A stretch of DNA of 64,000 bases from the human T2T-CHM13v2.0 reference genome, Homo sapiens. The stretch lies in NCBI RefSeq assembly GCF_009914755.1, contig NC_060932.1; one strand, written 5' to 3'. Position 1 is the first letter of the stretch, and every line of letters begins with the position of its first letter. Made by a program: the position numbers and the translations under genes. Positions 54,401 through 64,000 of the stretch are shown piece by piece. Under the pieces are notes generated by a model. The model ran no database searches. It was given only the letters and a program-made list of their open reading frames with translations, and was not told the DNA's origin.

Positions 54401-57073
54401 TGATTTAAGCCAGCATTCCTCAAATGTTGTTCTGAAATCAAACATTGTTAAATTTTCTAATAACTTGTAATTTGAAAATTTGGTAAACTTATGGATATTT
54501 AAAGATAACATTCATAATATATCGTGGATGTTGTTCAGGTGATAATTTCCTTCATTTTTCAGAGAGTTTTTAGAATTTAAGATACATCGTAAAAAATTAC
54601 CAGATTAAAATTCAATGAGTGTTATACAAATATAACTTGAAAACTAATTGCTTATATTTTCCATGTTCTCTTCCAGTCTTTGTTCACATTTATATACAAC
54701 TATTATATAACATTTTATCTTTACAGCTTTGTCTTTTACTCCCACCTATATTTTTATTAAATAATAGTGTAATAATATACCACTGAGAAAGTGTGCCATA
54801 GTTAGCTGTTCATATTTTCTAATTTATTTTCTAAATCTCTAAAAAAGTGATGTTTTTCTTTTAATTAGTTGCATTGTTTGTTTTGCATATCTGAATATAT
54901 GATGCTTTCAGTTCTCAAAGTTTAGAATGAAAAGAATCAAGATCAGGAATAGAAACAGTATATCACAGAAAATAAATTATTATTTCATTAAATATAAGAG
55001 GAATTAAGTGCATGTTGGATAAAATGACGTTTCATTTTACTGTAGAATATATTTTATGATGGGCAAAATGGGTAATGATGCGTCGTTAAACTTATTTTGT
55101 TTGTGTATACTAAAAAATAAACAGCTATCACTAGAGGCCCTGTAGGTACATACCAGTAAGTTGACTCTCTCAAATATTTTTTAAATGGACTCAGATTTGG
55201 TCTGTGGTCTACATTTTAATTTTCATTGCAATATTATAAATGAATGGTAGGGCCTCCTCCCTTAAATTGTAATGAAGAATCTTATCTTAGTCCCCATATT
55301 CACTAGTGATTACAACCATGAAACTTGCCAAATATTTCTTTATACAGACTCTTGAGATTTAAGTTGTGACAGTCTGATTCCCTGGCAATGTTTAAGACTA
55401 CAGTCAAGATTCTCATAAATTTTAAAATCACGGTTGCAAACTTGACCCTATCCAATTACTTTTCTGCATTGGAAGTGATTGCAATTCTGGGTCATGTCTA
55501 GGCTGTTCAGTATAGGTAAGATTTAAAAGCTATTTTCTGTATATTAAAAAAAAAATACTTCCTTGCCAAGATAGTGTGTATGATCATTTCTTTCTAATTC
55601 GTTAGCTGGTACATTTTGAGTAGAATTGAAATAGAAGTTATGGCATATTCTATGTTTTCTCCTACTTTTTCAAAGACAAGAAATGATTGTGGATCTCATT
55701 ATAGTTGGAAGAGGAACTATTTTAGAATGAACCTTTGATATTTATGGGCGGACATTTATTATATCAGAAGCAATCTCAGGTGTGGATGTTTTTCAAATTA
55801 TTAAGGTTGTAATATAAGCAATAAGTTTAAAATGTCTGAATTATTACTTCAATTCTTACCTAAGGAAAAAAAAAATGTCCGCATGGACAGCCATGCAAAG
55901 TAAGAACATTAGATGTTAGATAATACCCATGAGACAGAAAACACCAAGATATTGTACTAAGAATGTCTAGGTATATCTTTAAGTTGTGTTAGACCATTGC
56001 ATTTCATGACTGTCATGACAGTATTTGCTAAGAGATTCTGAGAATCTCTTCTGAAACTAGTATTTGCTAAATATCATACTATAATTATGATTAGAAAACA
56101 GTATTGTGGTTTCCATATCATTAATCTTTGATAATTGTCACACCAAATGTGCAGTTTTTAAAAAGCAAAATAAGATTAATTGTTGTCACTGTAAGCTTTA
56201 CTCACAAGCCAAAATCAATGTTTCTTTTCTTGTGTGTAAATTAAGATTGCATGATTATTGGAGGATGGCAATTAGGGCAAACCTTATGATCTATAGTTCT
56301 AACAAATACAAGATTTCCGCTCAAGAGACACAGGTTCATAATTCTCTCAATACTAAAACATAGGAAGAAACACAAAATCTATACGTATATTATTATAGAC
56401 CTGGCAAGATTTCATTAAGAATAGCCTGGCTATGAAAAGTACATATGAAATTGTGACAACACAGTGACGAATGAGTCCCTTTCCCTTTACATTGAAAATA
56501 ATAATTATTGAAGCCCAATGTTTTCGCACAAATGGCAAGGCTAGGATATAAGGAGATTTGTGGCAAAATGAAACTAGCAATAATCATCCTTCACAATTAA
56601 TGTACCAATTTCATTCCTGTAGAATGGATTCTCAGATTTCCATTAGAAGGCTACTTCATTTATTTCTTCTGGAGCTGTGAGTCAAAAATGCCGATACTTG
56701 GTACCTACATCAGAAAAAAAGAACAAAAACAAAAAAACTTTCCTAAGGGGAGATACAAGGTTCTGGATTTTAAACAATTCATGTACACTAAGTTTGAAAT
56801 CAAATATATGCTTATAAATCTTCTCCTTGGCTTAAAGAGAAAATGAGTAGGTGAGTGGACCTATGGAAAACCCCTTAACCCCTTCTAAACTTGCAAAGTG
56901 TGTGGTTTTGTCATAAGAATGAAAACTCATCGAACGTGCAGCGTAAACAAGATTATACAGGTGGACCTTCAATAAGTATGCCTCACCCCTGTGAGTCTCT
57001 CAGGACGTCCTTCTTTATTGAGCAGTCAAGGACATGCCAAGACTTCTGGAAGAACAGATATGGGATATGGCAA

Positions 57074-57097
57074 AACAACAACAACAACAACAACAAC
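57074..57097. repeat. (AAC)8 microsatellite
   Basis: Direct reading of the sequence. Confidence 0.9.
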
Positions 57098-57379
57098 AAA
57101 ACCTACAAAATTATAGCTTTTATACCAGCTTGGCAATTTTAAAATCATTGACATATTTCCATTTGATACATATAAAAGGATATATGTATCTTATATGTAA
57201 GCTATTGAACATCTTTCCAAAATACTATGAATTTACCATCCAAATAATGAAGTAAGGCACAGTTTAACCTCTCTAGTTGTACCTCCTACCTTTCCTAGTG
57301 CTATTAAATACAATTGTAGAGTTTGTGTTTACTATTGTCTTGCTTTGCTCATGTATGTATCTATGTACACAACATGTGT

Positions 57380-60140
<2,761 letters not shown>

Positions 60141-60800
60141 ACCTAATGTGCCCAGTGTTACTCTAGGCTTCACTTACTTCCCATTGTAGTCTATTACCTG
60201 AATATTTCTGTAACTTTCAAATGAGTTACATTATAACTTATCTCAGAACTAGTTGTTTTCTAGCAAAAGAACTTTATAAGAGAATCTATATCTCCATACT
60301 GATAAAGGTAGAAATCTTAATAATTTAAGGTTGATAATATCACAAATATAATATTATGTCCAGCAAATAAACAATTAAAAACAAAACACTGACATAACTA
60401 CCTAACCCATATTTGAAATAATTATATGAATGTTTCAGTGGAATGCAAACTCATTCAGATAATAGCATCTATGGGAAACTGCAAGAATGATTCATTCCTG
60501 TTTGTAATTTAAGAATTGTATTGGCATTTTCAGGCAAGGTAATTGGAAACATCTACAAGCAGCTCATTTGTCTCAAGTGACAAGAGATTTTTATCTCTAA
60601 TCAAATCAATTTCAGAATGTGAGTATGGGAAACAGAGAGAATGAAAAACATGACAGAAAAATATGCGCCTAATTGATTTACTTTATTCTACTTAACAAAA
60701 ATTACTTAGCACTGATTATTTTTAAAATCTATGTTAGGTTCTGAGGATCTGAGCTTGAAATTTCCATATACCTTTTTGGGGGTGAGCAGCACAGGTAATT

Positions 60801-61669
60801 TTGTTTTTGTTTTTGTTTTGTTTTTACTTAAGTCGTTTTTGAGGAACAGGTGGTGTTTGGTTACATGGATAAGGTCTTTAGTGGTGATTTTGGAGATTTT
60901 GGTGCACTCATCCCCGAGCAATGTACACTGTAGCCAATGTTTAGTCTTTTATCCCTCAACCCCCTCTCCTGAGTCCCTAAACTCCACTGAATCATTCTTA
61001 TGCCTTTGCATCCTCATATCTGAGCTCCCACTTATAAGTGAGAACATGAAATGTTTGGTTTTCCATTCCTGAGTTAAGTCGCTCAGAATAATGGTCTCCA
61101 TCTCCATCCAGGTTGCTGCAAATGCCATTATTGCATTCATTTCTGAGGCTGACTAGTATTCCATAGCGCATATATATACATATATGTGTGTGTGTGTGTA
61201 TAATACACATAAATATATATATATATATATAATGTTTTTTATCCACTCATTGATTGATGGGCATTTGGGCTGGTTCCATATTTTTGCAATTGCAAATTAT
61301 GCTGCTATAAACATGCATGTGCAAGTGGCTTTTTCATATAATGACCTTCTTTTCCTCTGGGTAGTAGTGGGATTGCTGAATCAAATGGAAGTTCTACTTT
61401 CATTCTTTATGGAATCTCCATACTGTTTTCCATAGTGGTTGTACTAGTTTACGTTCACACCAGCAGTGTAAAAGTGTTTCCTTTTCACCACATCCATGCC
61501 AACATCTATGTTTTTTTAATTTTTTAATTATAGCCATTCTTGCAGGAGTAAGGTAGTATTGCACTGTGGTTTTAATTTGCATTTCCCTGATAATTAGTGA
61601 TGTTAAGCATGTTTTTTCATATGTTTCCTGGCTATTTTTATATCTTCTTTTGAGAATTGCCTTTTCATG

Positions 61670-61673
<4 letters not shown>
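60801..61673 (-). mobile_element. L1PB1-like element, 3' segment (tail, 3' UTR, end of ORF2)
   Basis: gaacaggtggtgtttggttacatggataag...cattcttatgcctttgcatcctcata is the L1PB1 3' UTR; TSD cacaggtaatt at 60790-60800 and 62621-62631. Confidence 0.9.
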
Positions 61674-62620
<947 letters not shown>

Positions 62621-62695
62621 CACAGGTAATTGTGGAAAAAAAAATCTTGTTCTTAGACATACAAAGCATGAAGGGAAAAGCAACCTTTAAAAATA

Positions 62696-64000
62696 CAGGT
62701 ATACCTTGGAGATATTGTGGGCACAGTTACAGACCATGCCAATAAAGCAAATGTTGAAATAAAATAAGCCACACCCTTTTTGGGGGTTTTCAGTGCATAT
62801 AAAGGATATGTTTACAATATACTGTAGTCGCTTAAGTGTGCAATAGCATTATGTCTAAAAAAAAGTACATATCTTAATTTAAAATACTTTATTATTAAAA
62901 TGCTAATAGTCATCTGAGCCTTCAGCGAGTTGTAATCTTTATGCCAATGGAGGGTCTTGCCTGGATGTTGATGGCTACTGAGTGAGGGTGGTGGTTGCTG
63001 AAGGTTGGGGTGGCTGTGTCAGTTTCTTAAAATTAGACAATGATGTTTGTCATACTGATTCACTCTTCCTTTCATGAAAGATTGCAGCACGTGATGCTGT
63101 TTGATGGCATTGTATCCAAAATAAAAGTATTTTGAAAATTGGAGTCAGTCCTCTCAAACTCTGCCACGTTTTGAGTAACTAACTTCACATAACATTCTAA
63201 ATCTGTTTTTGTCATTTCAACAGTATTCACAGCATCTTCACCAGGAAGGAGTAGGTTTCATAAGAAGCAACTCCTCATCCATTAATGTTTGATCATAAAA
63301 TTGCAGCAATTCAATCAGTTACCTCTTTAGGCTCCATTTCTAATTCTAATTCTCTTGCTATTCCCACCATATCTGTAGTTACTGCCTGTGCTGAAGTCTT
63401 GAACTTCTCAAAATTATCCATGAGGGTTGGAGTCAACTTCTTCCAAACTCCTGTTAATGTTGACATGTTGACTTCCTCCTATGAATCATGAATGTTCTTA
63501 AGGTCATGTAGAATCATGAATTCTTCCCAAAAGCATTTTAATTTACTTTGCCCAGATACATCAGAAGAATCACTTTTCTATGGCAGCAATAGTCTTGCGA
63601 AATGTATTTCTTAAATAATAAGATTTGAAAGTCACAATTACTCTTTGATCTGCTGGCTGCAGAATGCATGTTGTGTTAGCAGGCATGTAAACCACATAAA
63701 TCTCTTTGTCCATCTTCTTCAGAGCACTTGTGTTGTCTGGTGCATTGTCCATGAGCAGCAATATTTTGAAAGAAACCATTTTTTTTTTCTAAGCAGTAGG
63801 TGTCAACAGTGGGCTTCAAATATTCAGTAAGCCATGCTATAAACAGAAGTGCTGTCATCTTGGCTTTGTCGTTACATTTCTAGAGCACAAGAGTAGATTT
63901 AGCATAAATCTTAAGGTCCTTAGGATTTCTGGAATAGTAAATGAGCATCAGCTTCAACTTACAGTCACCAGCTTCATTAGCCCCTAATAAGAGAGTTAAG
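62696..64000 (-). mobile_element. Tigger1 DNA transposon, 3' half (runs off the window)
   Basis: TA followed by TIR caggtataccttggagatattg; ORF 63570..63779(-) [10 protein letters not shown]...[32 protein letters not shown] is the pogo/Tigger DDE domain. Confidence 0.93.

Noticed and set aside
57034-57255. Poly-Q / poly-N ORFs
   Set aside because: Produced by the (AAC)8 microsatellite; no other coding signal

Overview
This is AT-rich, CpG-poor primate (human-like) genomic DNA with no recognisable host protein-coding exon, RNA gene or CpG island, i.e. a gene-poor intergenic or deep-intronic region. Most identifiable content is transposable-element debris: L1s of many ages (L1PA2, older L1PA, L1PB1, L1MA/MB/MC/ME), 7 Alus, ERV1/ERVL/MaLR LTRs and internal fragments, DNA transposons (Hsmar1, a half-MADE1 TIR, Tigger1, Tigger2), MIR/L2 and a probable CR1/L3 RT relic. 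All long ORFs in the track are TE remnants or chance ORFs. I found no evidence of a new gene system. The most interesting signals are structural. (i) Several ~130-160 bp segments are copied about 1.1-1.3 kb away, two of them with junction microhomology; one sits inside an Hsmar1 transposase gene and one at the broken end of an L1. (ii) A TSD-flanked L1MA2-like element keeps both termini but lacks ORF1 and most of ORF2. (iii) Up to four L1s have twin-priming 5' inversions. (iv) There are small clusters of perfect hairpins. Repeat-family names come from recalled consensus sequences, not a database search, so subfamily calls and boundaries are approximate.
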